A stretch of 63,740 nucleotides of DNA, counting the filler, from Octopus bimaculoides (lineage: Eukaryota), in the NCBI RefSeq assembly GCF_001194135.2. It is 4 parts of 4 records of this genome, joined end to end, with 100 filler letters (N's around TTAATTAATTAA, not from the genome) between each part and the next. Parts side by side here need not be neighbours in the genome. Positions count along the whole stretch, not along the records: positions 60,872 to 63,740 come from NC_069004.1; 3 more parts are not named here. One strand, written 5' to 3'. The translations under genes and the position numbers were made by a program. Position 1 is the first letter of the stretch. Each line of letters starts with the position of its first letter. The notes beneath the pieces were generated by a model. It saw only the letters and a program-made list of their open reading frames with translations, ran no database searches and was not told the DNA's origin. Below are positions 63,130 through 63,740 of this stretch, one piece after another.

Positions 63130-63327
63130 TGTCTGTGTTTGTCTCCCCCAACATCGCTTGACAACTGATGCTGGTATGTTTACGTCCCCGTAACTTAGCG
63201 GTTTGGCAAAAGTGGTCGATAGAATAATTACAAGGCTTACAAAGAATAAGTCCTCGAGACGATTTGCTCGACTACAGGCGGTGCTCCAGCATGGCCGCAG
63301 TCAAATGACTAAAACAAATAAAAGAGT
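63130..63327 (+). mobile_element. SINE family A, tail half
   Basis: GTTTGTCTCCCCAACATCGCTTGACAACTG...GGCGGTGCTCCAGCATGGCCGCAGTCAAATGACTAAAACAAATAAAAGAG, preceded by (TA)(TG)n and a gap. Confidence 0.9.
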
Positions 63328-63610
63328 ATATATAGATAGATAAATAGATAGACAGAAAGATAGATAGATAGATAGATCCATAAAAACACACACATATATA
63401 TATGCACATGTACACACACTCATTTGCAGACAACCGCATCACACACAGCAACTTACACACTATACGAAATTGATGAGGCGTGTTTCAGTGGAAATGAGCT
63501 TTTTTTTCGGCTACTCTGAGTTTCGGCATTACTGCTATCGTTTGAATAACTATCATGGCGATACTCGGAACGTCGGTTCAGTTTCAGTTTCTAATTGTGG
63601 TAGTAGCAGC

Positions 63611-63665
<55 letters not shown>

Positions 63666-63740
63666 ATTAGATGAAGAAGAAGATGAGGAGGAGGAAGAAG
63701 TTATTGCAGTGGTATACTTACACATGCATATATATATATA

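Overview
This is AT-rich, microsatellite-saturated, gap-ridden animal genomic DNA. Its SINE and microsatellite content resembles my recollection of octopus (coleoid cephalopod) draft genomes; that species call is inference only. Three identical 100-bp linkers (44 N + TTAATTAATTAA + 44 N) split the window into four concatenated pieces (1-16314, 16415-36928, 37029-60771, 60872-63740), so adjacency across them cannot be trusted. I can identify no host protein-coding gene. Almost all listed ORFs are microsatellite or N-run artefacts, and only a few short splice-site-bounded exon candidates remain. Recognisable coding relics are all transposon-derived: a Penelope-like GIY-YIG endonuclease (12550-12990, -), HERO-like and R4/Dong-like RLE 3' ends, a CR1-group LINE 3' end, RTE 3' ends and mariner/Tc1 MITEs. 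There are also dozens of tRNA-derived SINE copies from four families. The most interesting signal, absent from the ORF track, is six type-I hammerhead-ribozyme-like motifs with palindromic minimal stem III, the form known from Penelope-like elements. They sit in different non-autonomous carriers: a tRNA-headed SINE with a 12-bp TSD (two copies), two elements where the hammerhead is enclosed by long inverted arms, and two probable Penelope pLTR relics. Every copy has at least one deviation from the consensus fold or core, so activity is not established.
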